From: Macrostomum lignano
Taxonomy: Eukaryota
NCBI GenBank assembly: GCA_002269645.1
Contig: NIVC01002629.1
Coordinates: 32,670 to 96,669, forward strand
Direction: 5' to 3'
DNA: 64,000 nucleotides
Shown here: positions 39,201 through 50,000 of the stretch, one piece after another
Numbering within the stretch: the stretch's first letter is position 1
How the letters are laid out: each line of letters opens with the position of its first letter
Notes under the pieces: model-generated
What the model saw: the letters and a program-made list of their open reading frames with translations, nothing else
Database searches by the model: none
What the model was told of the DNA's origin: nothing
Position numbers and translations under genes: made by a program

Positions 39201-39327
39201 CCGCCTGTTCGACCTGTGCCTGTACTCGGATGTCTCCCTGCTGCTGGCCAGGTTCCCCTACACCCGGCGCAACCGGGCCTTCGTGCAGGACCTCTTCAGC
39301 GACCCCTGCTGCCGCCTGTTTTCCTGA
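29951..39327 (+). CDS. RICTOR: Rapamycin-insensitive companion of mTOR (mTORC2 subunit). Exons 29951-30104, 30265-30396, 31520-31793, 32340-33104, 34233-35453, 35756-36555, 38358-39327; about 1440 aa; first exon not found
   Basis: All six introns are GT-AG with matching phases. Motifs match RICTOR from memory: LFRSWPGL, WDLADGFVAAE, LLASLDYARG, LPTHLFGQLARH, AKAALWAVGHVAS, CPVLSVRGVCFWALCL, and C-terminal HAEEACVGC...RRDVLRLV...LCLYSDVS...FVQDLF. Confidence 0.95.
30265..30396 (+). CDS. RICTOR: RICTOR exon (LVPGFFQECPELRAALLRCVRKFL...LDICVAR)
   Basis: Resembles the EVRAAGLRALRYL...VDYLIAR region; splice sites consistent. Confidence 0.88.
30410..31500. repeat. 24-bp minisatellite GTGTACTTCAGTATTCTTGTCAGA filling the RICTOR intron 30397-31519; 531-bp higher-order duplication
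   Basis: The variant GTATTGTCAAAG occurs at 30467 and 30998. Confidence 0.95.
31520..31793 (+). CDS. RICTOR: RICTOR exon (CLDLG...ERFQAMKLI...RDRLMRAAVLALAELALLNP)
   Basis: Resembles ERTQALRLV...RDRMVRAC...ELALQNP; CCCCAG acceptor, GTGCGA donor. Confidence 0.92.
31835..32250. repeat. 30-bp minisatellite GGTTGGGATTTGAATCATGGGATTTGTGTA (RICTOR intron)
   Basis: Seen directly. Confidence 0.93.
32340..33104 (+). CDS. RICTOR: RICTOR exon, armadillo-like N-terminal domain
   Basis: LFRSWPGLL and WDLADGFVAAE motifs; phase 0 at both ends. Confidence 0.93.
33124..33298. repeat. (CTGT)n microsatellite
   Basis: Seen directly. Confidence 0.95.
34233..35453 (+). CDS. RICTOR: RICTOR exon, middle region
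   Basis: FLRRLCSFYSP-like segment, LLLASLDYARGDFGRRVL, WGPDLLLRLL; phase 0 at both ends. Confidence 0.92.
35511..35702. repeat. 18-bp minisatellite GTGAGATTTCCATACA(GG/GA/CT), 11 copies; motif identical to the adjacent donor site
   Basis: GTGAGATT at 35513+18n, and GTGAGATTTCC at the real donor 35454. Confidence 0.95.
35756..36555 (+). CDS. RICTOR: RICTOR exon, HEAT-like region
   Basis: LPTHLFGQLARHSDG, KAALWAVGHVAS, LSVRGVCFWALCLVA. Confidence 0.93.
36598..37230. repeat. 20-bp minisatellite AGTTTGAGTAGCTTGGGTAC
   Basis: Seen directly. Confidence 0.93.
37690..38262. repeat. 27-30-bp degenerate minisatellite GACACATTTTCTATCCGCCCCCATAAA
   Basis: Seen directly. Confidence 0.9.
38358..39327 (+). 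CDS. RICTOR: RICTOR last exon: low-complexity linker plus C-terminal zinc-binding domain
   Basis: CCCAG acceptor in the required phase; H-x4-C-x2-C followed by VLRLV...LCLYSDVS...FVQDLF; TGA at 39325-39327. Confidence 0.92.
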
Positions 39328-39425
39328 GGCTCGGGCTGTGCACTTTTGAAATTGCCTCGAAGTAGTATTACTGAAATAATTAACTTTAAGCAACCCAGAA
39401 AATCGTCCCAAAAGAATCTTCATAA

Positions 39426-40571
39426 ACACCCCCAGAGAATCGCCCTAAACACCCCCAGAGAATCGCCCTAAACAGGCCCAGAGAATCGCCCTTAATAGCC
39501 CCACAAAATCGCCCTAAACAGCCCCACAGAATCGCCCTAAACAGCCCCAGAGAATCGCCCTAAACAGCCCCACAGAATCGCCCTAAACAGCCGAGAGAAT
39601 TGCCCTAAACAGCCCACAGAATCGCCCTAAACAGCCGAGAGAATTGCCCTAAACAGCCCACAGAATCGCCCTAAACAGCCCCAGAGAATCGCGCTAAACA
39701 GCCCCAGAGAATCGCGCTAAACAGCCCCACAGAATCGCCCTAAACAGCCCAGAGAATCGCGCTAAACAGCCCCAGAGAATCGCGCTAAACAGCCCCACAG
39801 AATCGCCCTAAACAGCCCCAGAGAATCGCCCTAAACAGCCCCAGAGAATCGCCCTAAACAGCCCCAGAGAATCGCGCTAAACAGCCCCAGAGAATCGCGC
39901 TAAACAGCCCCAGAGAATCGCCCTAAACAGCCCCAGAGAATCGCGCTAAACAGCCCCAGAGAATCGCCCTAAACAGCCCCAGAGAATCGCGCTAAACAGC
40001 CCCAGAGAATCGCCCTAAACAGCCCCAGAGAATCGCGCTAAACAGCCGCAGAGAATTGCCCTAAACAGCCCCAGAGAATTGCCCTAAACAGCCCCAGAGA
40101 ATTGCCCTAAACAGCCGCAGAGAATTGCCCTAAACAGCCCCAGAGAATTGCCCTAAACAGCCCCAGAGAATTGCCCTAAACAGCCCCAGAGAATCGCGCT
40201 AAACAGCCCAGAGAATTGCCCTAAACAGCCCCAGAGAATCGCGCTAAACAGCCCCAGAGAATTGCCCTAAACAGCCGCAGAGAATCGCCCTAAACAGCCC
40301 CAGAGAATCGCCCTAAACAGCCCCAGAGAATTGCCCTAAACAGCCCCAGAGAATCGCCCTAAACAGCCCGACAGAATCGCCCTAAACAGCCCAGAGAATT
40401 GCCCTAAACAGCCGCAGAGAATCGCCCTAAACAGCCCAGAGAATCGCCCTAAACAGCCCAGAGAATCGCCCTAAACAGCCCAGAGAATCGCCCTAAACAG
40501 CCCAGAGAATCGCCCTAAACAGCCCAGAGAATCGCGCTAAACAGCCCAGAGAATCGCACTAAACAGCCGCA
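39426..40571. repeat. 22-23-bp minisatellite CCCAGAGAATCGCCCTAAACAGC, about 50 copies, just 3' of the RICTOR stop
   Basis: Seen directly. Confidence 0.95.
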
Positions 40572-41455
40572 GTCGCAGTGCAATCGATAAAATCAGAACA
40601 GCTGCAATTGTGGTGCTCCACCCATTTGTTTTTTTCTTATTCTTTTGGATATTTTATCCCGGACACAGGCGGACACAGGAGTCTGCCTGCACCTGTGCAT
40701 GCTGCAATGCCGTGTAGTTTATGCAATTTATTTTTATCACGTTGGCCCACCGTGTGAATCGCAATCTCTAAGCCTGGATTTTTTCTACACCTCCAGTCTT
40801 GCAACTCGCAGATTTTGTTAGGAAGTTGCAATTGTGTTTTCTCTGCTCCCGGCTTTGCTTCCCTCTCTCTAGTCAGGCACAGCTTGCTGCTCCAAAAATC
40901 TCCCAGCCTCCTTCAAGGTCCACCGCGCATCGCATTCTCACGCCTCTCGAGGTTTGCTGGCACACGCAGTGCTTTTTTAATTGCTGCTTTTATTACTGTG
41001 CATCTTCTTTTGCTCGCCAGCTGCTGGCCCGGGCTTTCAGATTTGCTGACCAACAAAGCAGCTGGATTCTGTTAGCATTGTTTTAATGCTGTGTGTCTCC
41101 GTGCTACCTCATCACTGCCCTCGCAATGCAAGCTCGGACTCCCTGCCCCGCCAGCTGTCTGCTGGCGCTATTCACATGAATGAATATTTATATATTTATA
41201 TTTATGTTTTCGTTGTCTTCTGTGTTACCCCTGTCGCCTGACTGGCTATATTTATATATAGATATGCTTATACTCACTGTTAACCAACAGGGCTTGTCTG
41301 ACTGATTAAATATTTCATATATATAAATTATTATGTAGCCTAATTATTGAATACTATCCATATAGTATTGGCCGGCTTTGAGCACCTTTACTGAATAACT
41401 GAAAGCGACTTCAGCCTGCTGGAGTTTTGTGAGCGATTTTGGTGACTTTTGTTCA

Positions 41456-42114
41456 GCCGTCAGGGAGGGTGTTTGTAGGACACTGCAGCTCATTCTGACC
41501 GTCAGGGAGGGTGTTTGTAGGACACTGCAGCTCATTCTGACCCCGTCAGGGAGGGTGTTTGTAGGACACTGCAGCTCATTCTGACCGTCAGGGAGGGTGT
41601 TTGTAGGACACTGCAGCTCATCTGACCCTGTCAGGGAGGGTGTTTGTAGGACACTGCAGCTCATTCTGACCCTGTCAGGGAGGGTGTCTGTAGGACACTG
41701 CAGCTCATTCTGACCGTCAGGGAGGGTGTTTGTAGGACACTGCAGCTCATCTGACCCTGTCAGGGAGGGTGTTTGTAGGACACTGCAGCTCATTCTGACC
41801 CTGTCAGGGAGGGTGTTTGTAGGACACTGCAGCTCATTCTGACCGTCAGGGAGGGTATTTGTAGGACACTGCAGCTCATTCTGACCCCGTCAGGGAGGGT
41901 GTTTGTAGGACACTGCAGCTCATTCTGACCCCGTCAGGGAGGGTGTTTGTAGGACACTGCAGCTCATTCTGACCGTCAGGGAGGGTATTTGTAGGACACT
42001 GCAGCTCATTCTGACCGTCAGGGAGGGTATTTGTAGGAAACTGCAGCTCATCTGACCCTGTCAGGGAGGGTATCTGTAGGACACCAGCTCATTCTGACCC
42101 TGTCAGGGAGGGTA
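41456..42114. repeat. 42-44-bp minisatellite CAGGGAGGGTGTTTGTAGGACACTGCAGCTCATTCTGACCGT
   Basis: Seen directly; about 15 copies. Confidence 0.95.
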
Positions 42115-42561
42115 TTGGAGCCGCGCACTTTAGCAGCGCATGACCTGAAGAAAACGTGTGGCAAGTTGAGCTCGAATGCGTTCATCGGGAATTTCCACTG
42201 CCAGGCTGCACTGTGTGGCCGCGGGGACCGTGCCGCCAGGGTCCATGGAAATTTCCTTCTAATTGGGTTTGAGAATCTCGGATTGGTCCCCGAATGCTAA
42301 TGAGGGCAATTCGAATGGGCCGAACTCGGCTGCGATTCCTGCCTACCGTCTGTCCTGCCCTTCTCTGAGAAAGAATACAAAAATTATGATTGAAAGTTGG
42401 ACTACTGCGGCAGTGCAGCGATTCCAGATAATTAATAATTCATGAGATCGCTAAAATCTTTCCTCAGGTTGTAAAAACTGCCTGAGCCGCTTTGCGAGTC
42501 TGACGTTTAACTTTAGCTGTGCTCCGTGTTCCAAGCTTGTCCAAGCTCAATGTGCCTTGTT

Positions 42562-42968
42562 GCTGGCGCCCCTTGGTGCTGGCGCCCCTTGGTGCTGGCG
42601 CCCCTTGGTGCTGGCGCCCCTTGGTGCTGGCGCCCCTTGGTGCTGGCGCCCCTTGGTGCTGGCGCCCCTTGGTGCTGGCGCCCCTTGGTGCTGGCGCCCC
42701 TTGGTGCTGGCGCCCCTTGGTGCTGGCGCCCCTTGGTGCTGGTGCCCCTTGGTGCTGGCGCCCCTTGGTGCTGGCGCCCCTTGGTGCTGGCGCCCCTTGG
42801 TGCTGGCGCCCCTTGGTGCTGGCGCCCCTTGGTGCTGGCGCCCCTTGGCGTGGCTATGAGGGACCCTCGAGTCCGTGAGACCTTGGCGTGGCTATGAGGG
42901 ACCCTCGAGTCCGTGAGACCTTGGCGTGGCTATGAGGGACCCTCGAGTCCGTGAGACCTTGGCGTGGC
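42562..42968. repeat. 16-bp CTGGCGCCCCTTGGTG array followed by 3.3 copies of the 38-bp unit CCTTGGCGTGGCTATGAGGGACCCTCGAGTCCGTGAGA
   Basis: Seen directly; 38-bp units start at 42843, 42881 and 42919. Confidence 0.93.
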
Positions 42969-43401
42969 CTTGGGATTGCTCCAGCGTGTTCATCTCATGC
43001 TCCTTCAGCTCACATTTCTAAAAATATCCTTAATCAACTCCAGTTTTTTCATTAATTAGTATCATTGAAGAAGGGTGTCCTTGTTTTGATTAATTTTCGT
43101 CAAAGTGCTTGACTGAGTAGCGAGTGAATTCAGTGAAATCCCGTACATTGCGTACTTTTTATTATTTTCGATCACTTGGTTATGATTACATGTTACGAGT
43201 ATGTACAGTTTAGTTACCTGTACTGTTACCAAACCACACTGATAGATTTGAAAAAACAGAGCAAAAATTTACAGTTTTCAAAGCATTCACTGTGCGCGTC
43301 TGTGTGAATGAGAGGAACAAAAATAATGACGATTATGACACATTATAACACAGCTCTGGCATAAAATTTCACGAATTTACGAGCTCAGTTAATCTGCTTA
43401 T

Positions 43402-43570
43402 TTCTCATTGGCTGAAAAGCTCTCCTGCTTTCTGATTGGCCAGATCAAGCTCATGTGCTCATCTCTCATTGGCTGAAAAGCTCTCCTGCTCTGATTGGCC
43501 AGATCAAGTCCACGTGCTCATCTCTCATTGGCTGAAAAAAACTAGTGCTCTCTAATTGGCCAGATCAATC
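43402..43570. promoter_or_regulatory. Three copies of a ~60-bp unit giving six consensus CCAAT (NF-Y) boxes and two E-box-like sites
   Basis: ATTGG at 43407, 43435, 43468, 43494, 43527, 43555 (minus strand AGCCAATGAG x3, GGCCAATCAG x2, GGCCAATTAG x1); CACGTG at 43511, CATGTG at 43452. Function is inferred. Confidence 0.55.
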
Positions 43571-43604
43571 TAAACGTTTCTCCAAGGGCACCTGGCCCTG
43601 ATCG

Positions 43605-44086
43605 TCAAGCCGGCCGCAGCCGCTGGTGCAGCGTCATTGGCGGAGTCGAGGATCGGGCCGTGTACACATCGTGATCCGTCTGGTGCCGGCTCATGCTCAG
43701 CGAAGCCGGGTGTCGGCCGCTTCCGACTACCGCGCCGGCGCCGGCATCGACACCCGACCCGCCGGCGCCGAGACCGCTGACTCCGTGTCCCAGCGCGTCG
43801 ATGTCACTGCTGCTGTGCGTGTACTGCAGCACTCGCTGGAGCTGCTGGTGCTGCTGCGGGGGCTCAGCTGGCAGATGCTGTCGCGGCGCGTCGGCTTGGG
43901 GCGGCAGCGAGTGCCGACTGTAGGCCGCCGCCGCCGCCGGCTGGAGCGACTGAGCCTGCACGGCGGCTCTGGCGGAGACCAGCCGCTCCAGCCAGTCGTC
44001 GCTGGCGCGCTGGTCCGGAGCCACCAGGTAGAGCAGACAGTCCACGCTTGAGAAGTCAGTGAGCGACACCAGCAGGAATGCGGAGG
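43605..44086 (-). CDS. PLEKHG5: RhoGEF last exon: end of PH domain plus low-complexity tail
   Basis: CCCGCAG acceptor; AFLLVSLTDF...WLERLVSAR; TGA at 43607-43605. Confidence 0.85.
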
Positions 44087-47000
44087 CTGCGGGTTGGTGT
44101 TGGTGTGCCGGGTGTGGGATGCTGGGTGTGGGATGCTGAGTGGGATGCCGGGTGTATGGGATGCCGGGTGTGTGGGATGCTGGGTGTGCAGCTCATCTGA
44201 TGCCGGGTGTGGGATGCCGGGTGTGGGATGCTGAGTGTGGGATGCCGGGTCTGTGGGATGCTGAGTGTGGTATGCCGGGTGTGGGATGCCGGGTGTGGGA
44301 TGCTGGGTGTGGGATGCTGAGTGTGGGATGCCGGGTGTGTGGGATGCTGAGTGTGGGATGCTGAGTGTGGGATGCCGGGTGTGTGGGATGCTGAGTGTGG
44401 GATGCTGAGTGTGGGATGCCGGGTGTGTGGGATGCTGAGTGTGGGATGCCGGGGGTGGGATGCCGGGGGTGGGATGCCGGGGGTGGGATGCCCGGTGTGG
44501 GATGCCAAGGTGAGGAGCTGACATTCCTAGCCGTTTCCGATTTTACGAGCATGACGCCTCTCTCTATGAAAAAAGCGGCAATTCGCATCATTGACTACTA
44601 TATGTGGCTACTCAGCAGTAGTAAGTTGCGAGTTGATTGTCAGAATTCGGCACCCCGGCGCGTCAATTTCACTCACAGCTGTCCGTCAGCCGGTGGATGA
44701 GCAGCCGCTCCAGCGGGATCGGCGGCCGCAGCAGGCGCAGGTTGCTGCGCTTGCCGCACTTGGTGAGCAGCAGCAGGTCGGTGAACAGGAGGCACCGGGC
44801 ATCGCTCCACTGGAATTGAGAAAACTTTTTGAGTACATTTATGCAGCCTCTGATGCACCGTGTGCGTGACAAGTTCGCGTATTTTCAGCATGAATTTTGA
44901 GGCGGCGCTTGAATTGAAGGCCAATGCGATGCAAACAACCGAAAACACGAATCCTTGAAGGACAGTCGGGACATCTAGTTGAAAGCTGTCCTTCTCCCAG
45001 ATCCACATTCTCTCATTCCCATTTCCCTCCTACCGCCTAAGGCGGCGCAGCAGCAGCTCCTTCCAGCCGCATCTCACAGGCCTCTAAACCTAATTTACTG
45101 CTTTTCCCGTCCCCAGCATCCGGCTTGTTGGATTCATTCAGCTAGCGGCATCTTCTGTGATTATCTTTTGCTAACTATTTTTATTCTGGGATATTTCCAG
45201 GTAAGGTTTAAGGTTAGACTTTGGGTACAAAGAGAAAGTTGACAGAATTTTGACAAACTATTGAAGTATAATGTTAAAAGAAATACGAGCTAATACTGAA
45301 ACTCAGCATTCAAACGCGTAAGCTTCTTTTTTTTAAATGCGAACAGCATTCTCGTCCTTCAGCTGCACCCACCCCTCCACTCTTGTCCCTCGGCTGCACC
45401 CACCCCTTCATTCTCGTCCCTCGGCTGCACCCACCTCTCCACTCTTGTCCCTCGGCTGCACCCACCTCTCCACTCTCGTCCCTCGGCTGCACCCACCTCT
45501 CCACTCTCGTCCCTCGGCTGCACCCACCTCTCCACTCTCGTCCCTCGGCTGCACCCACCTCTCCACTCTCGTCCCTCGGCTGCACCCACCTCTCCACTCT
45601 CGTCCCTCGGCTGCACCCACCTCTCCACTCTCGTCCCTCGGCTGCACCCACCTCTCCACTCTCGTCCCTCGGCTGCACCCACCTCTCCACTGTCGTCCCT
45701 CGGCTGCACCCACCTCTCCACTCTCGTCCCTCGGCTGCACCCACCTCTCCACTCTCGTCCCTCGGTTGCACCAAACTCCCTCTTTTTCCATTCCCTTGAG
45801 TCCTGGACGCACCGCCCCGCCGTTCCCCCTCTTACTTTTCCTTTTTCATCCCTGAGTCGCAGTTCGCCCTCGCAAATTTTCCGCCGCTGCTGTCCATTGT
45901 GAGGCATTGGTCGTGTCAGGTCCAGCCGGTAGCGGTCGAGAAGGCTGGCCGCCTCATCGCCAAGCGCTTCGCGCCACTCCTGCATTTTAGCGTCCTCCAA
46001 CCGATCTGCGACGCCGCGAACCTCCTCCTGGTCGGACTTGAGCTGGTATGATGAGTTTAACCGGCTGCAGAAATCTGTGGTGTGGGCGATCTGAAACGGG
46101 GAAATGATAGTACCTTCGTCAGCGGGCCAACCGACTACTGAAATTCGCCAAAATTCGAATACTTTGTTTTTTGGGAAAGTACATTCGGTCACCCTAGATC
46201 TAATCTACGTAAGTTTGCTATCCCTTCGTCTCTGTACATTCTCTAGACCCGGACTTCGGTGATTTGCATTCTCCAGCCCTAAGCTACGGCAATGTACATT
46301 CTCCAGCCCTAAGCTACGGCAATGTACATTCTCCAGCCCTAAGCTACGGCAATGTACATTCTCCAGCCCTAAGCTACGGTAATGTACATTCTCCAGCCCT
46401 AAGCTACGGAAGTGTACATTCTCCAGCCCTAAGCTACGGCAACGTACATTCTCCAGCCCTAAGCTACGGAAGTGTACATTCTCCAGCCCTAAGCTACGGC
46501 AATGTACATTCTCCAGCCCTAAGCTACGGTAATGTACATTCTCCAGCCCTAAGCTACGGTAATGTACATTCTCCAGCCCTAAGCTACGGCAATGTACATT
46601 CTCCAGCCCTAAGCTACGGCAATGTACATTCTCCAGCCCTAAGCTACGGCAATGTACATTCTCCAGCCCTAAGCTACGGCAATGTACATTCTCCAGCCCT
46701 AAGCTACGGCAATGTACATTCTCCAGCCCTAAGCTACGGCAATGTACATTCTCCAGCCCTAAGCTACGGCAATGTACATTCTCCAGCCCTAAGCTACGGC
46801 AATGTACATTCTCCAGCCCTAAGCTACGGCAATGTACATTCTCCAGCCCTAAGCTACGGCAATGTACATTCTCCAGCCCTAAGCTACGGCAATGTATATT
46901 CGCCAGCCCTAAGCTACGGCAATGTACATTCTCCAGCCCTAAGCTACGGCAATGTACATTCTCCAGCCCTAAGCTACGGCAATGTACATTCTCCAGCCCT

Positions 47001-50000
47001 AAGCTACGGCAATGTACATTCTCCAGCCCTAAGCTACGGCAATGTACATTCTCCAGCCCAACACTTTGGCCTTCTAATCTGTAGATCAACTGTTCCGGCG
47101 GCCTCACCATGGTTTCCAGCTGCAGCCGCTCCGCGTTGTCCTCCGTGTGCCGCAGCACCTCCTGCAGCAGCAGGCCGTACTTGGTGATCCTCTGCAGCGG
47201 CATCGTCAGCAGCGACTTCAACTGCAGGTCCACCGTGCCGTCCTCAGCGTTGTAGTTGCGGCAGCTCATGCGGTGCGCCCACTGCAATGCAGGTCGCGGC
47301 TTCCTCTTTAGCGAGAAGAACCGAGGACGGTAAACTCCGTTTCTTAGTAAATCTCTGTAGGCTGGCTTTACCCGAAGCACACAGACACACAGCCGAGATG
47401 GTACTTCCCATTTTCGCCAATTTTTTTATGACTATACTATCCGTTTTATTGATTTTTTCAAAGCTTTCTCGTAGTGAAAAGTTATTCTAAATATCACATT
47501 CTAAGGCTGATTGTATTTGAACTTAGGGTAGGAATTTCATCATTTTATAAAGAAAGGTCTGCAGAAATTAATAGAAGCAGTAAATACTTGTGTTTTTAGC
47601 GCAAAGCCGGCCTTCAAATATGTTCTAAGAACGAAGTCTACCGTATATTTAATCACGCCGTCCTTGACACAAACTTAAAGGGACGTCACCCCGAAAACCC
47701 GTACCTTGACGAACTCGCCAAAGGACTCGCCCTTCTCCAAGCTACGCAGGTAGTCCTTGGCGTCGCCGATCTGCAGGCAGTAGTCGGCGCAGGGCTGAAA
47801 GATTTCGCCGAATCGGACAAAGCCGGACGCCAGCTGGCCCGGCCGGATGCGCTGGCCGGTGCGCCTGGCGGTCAGCAGTGCCGGGCGCAGGTGCTCGATC
47901 CACAGGCTCCGGTGAGCCAGGTAAACCAGGCTCAGGCCGGGGAACAGCCTGTCCGTGTTCACCTCCGTCAGCAGGCCGCAGCTGCTTTGCAGATGCTGGA
48001 TCACGGCGATGTACACCTTGGGGGAGGGCGGGGACGCTGATAAAGCACCGGTGATGTACACCTTGGGAGAGGGCGGGGACCTGATAAATCACCGGTGATG
48101 TACACCTTGGGTGAGGGCGGGGACGCTGATGAAGCACCGGTTATGTACACCTTGGAGGCAGGTGGCAACGCTGATGAAGCACCGGTGATGTACACCTTGG
48201 GGGAGGGCGGGGACCTGATAAAGCACCGGTGATGTACACCTTGGGGGAGGGCGGGGCCGCTGATAAAGCACCGGTGATGTACACCTTGGGGGCAGGCGGG
48301 GACGCTGATAAAGCACCGGTGATGTACACCTTGGGGGAGGGCGGGGACGCTGATAAAGCACCGGTGATGTACACCTTGGGGGAGGGCGGGGCCGCTGATA
48401 AAGCACCGGTGATGTACACCTTGGGGGCAGGCGGGGACGCTGATAAAGCACCGGTGATGTACACCTTGGGGGAGGGCGGGGACGCTGATAAAGCACCGGT
48501 GATGTACACCTTGGGGGAGGGCGGGGACGCTGATAAAGCACCGGTGATGTACACCTTGGGGGCAGGCGGGGACGCTGATAAGCACCAGGTGTAGGGCAGA
48601 GAGGCTCCTTAGCCTTGCTCCTGCTAATGTTTTCCTGGGAAGGCATGAATATTCATGCGAGATCCTCAGTTTCCCCATCTGATCCCCCGCTGCTCAGACC
48701 GGCTGCTTTGCAGTCAGCCTCTGAGAGTTGGGAATATTGCCTTCTCAGGTAGCAGTTCACTGTTTCTGCAGCTGCAAGTGGCGACCCGGGGATTAATGAA
48801 TCTGGTAATGCCCTCTGATGCGGCTTACAGCTTGCAATAATCCTTCATCTGCCAGCTCCCTATTGACTTGGAGCAGAGCAGTTCCTTTGCCCCCGTTTGC
48901 CCTGGGGGATCGAACTCCGTCTCTCCCCTCCCTTCTCGCCAGCCGAAAGCTCAAGAACGGCTCCGAAGCTCCATCTGCCTCTGCTCTCCGTTTGAGCAGC
49001 TCGAGCGGCTTGCCTCCCCATCCCGCTTTTCTCCATCGTTTCTCAACTCCCGATGAGAACTCCGGATTCGCTCCAGTGACTTCCAATGAATCCAATTCAA
49101 TGAAAATATGAATAATTCAGCAATATTAATTAGCCTTTTTTCCACTGCCGGCTCACCTCAATGATGGTCTTCAGGTGCCTGAGTATGTTGATCTCAGTCT
49201 GGAACAGCTCCCAGATGGCCGCCTGCTGCTTCAGCATCTTGGCGGATGTGATGCTCTGGAAATCGGGAGGCGCTGCTTCTGACATCTGCGTCACAGGCTG
49301 GTACCCACCCAGAAATTCACTCATAAACATTCCTATGAGCTCGCTCACTCATAATAAACACAGCTACGAACTCACTCACGAACAATCTCACAATCTCACT
49401 CATGAACTAACTCACTCATGAACTCACTCACAAACTCACTCACTCACTCACTCACTCACTCACTCACTCACTCACTCACTCACTCACTCACTCACTCACT
49501 CACTCACTCACTCACTCACTAACCAGCGGCTCACAGCACAGACTCACCCCCTGCGCCACCACCCTGTCCCAGGACGGCTCCAGGTCGAGGCTCATGGAGT
49601 TCAACTGCAAGTTCTGGTCCTGAACCGGCCTTGGCAAGCCGTTGGCCTCGAGCTGCCTCAGCTGCTCCGCCAGCTTGTCGCGGCTGTCCTGAAGGTGAAA
49701 TAAAATTAATGAGATTTTAGCACCTGGTGGTTTCTATTTAGAATGATAATCGTTTCCATCGCTGTCAGTGCATTTAGGTTGCAACATAATGGGTTTGGTG
49801 GCAGAATGCCTCGGGTGATTGACAGGTGAAAAAAAGGTAACGCACGCGCGCACACAGTCATTAAAATATACGAGCTTTGTTGACAATGACCACGGGCAGC
49901 AGAAGAGGGAAGCACTTCAAATTTATAGCAATTTTAGACTTCAACTTCAAAGCAATAGGACTTGTAGTTCTTTTGTCTTATCCGAAAAGTTTCTATGGTA

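Noticed and set aside
31554-39429. Antisense and alternative-frame ORFs over RICTOR exons (e.g. 31554-32864, 34182-34763, 38740-39429)
   Set aside because: Shadow ORFs of very GC-rich coding exons.
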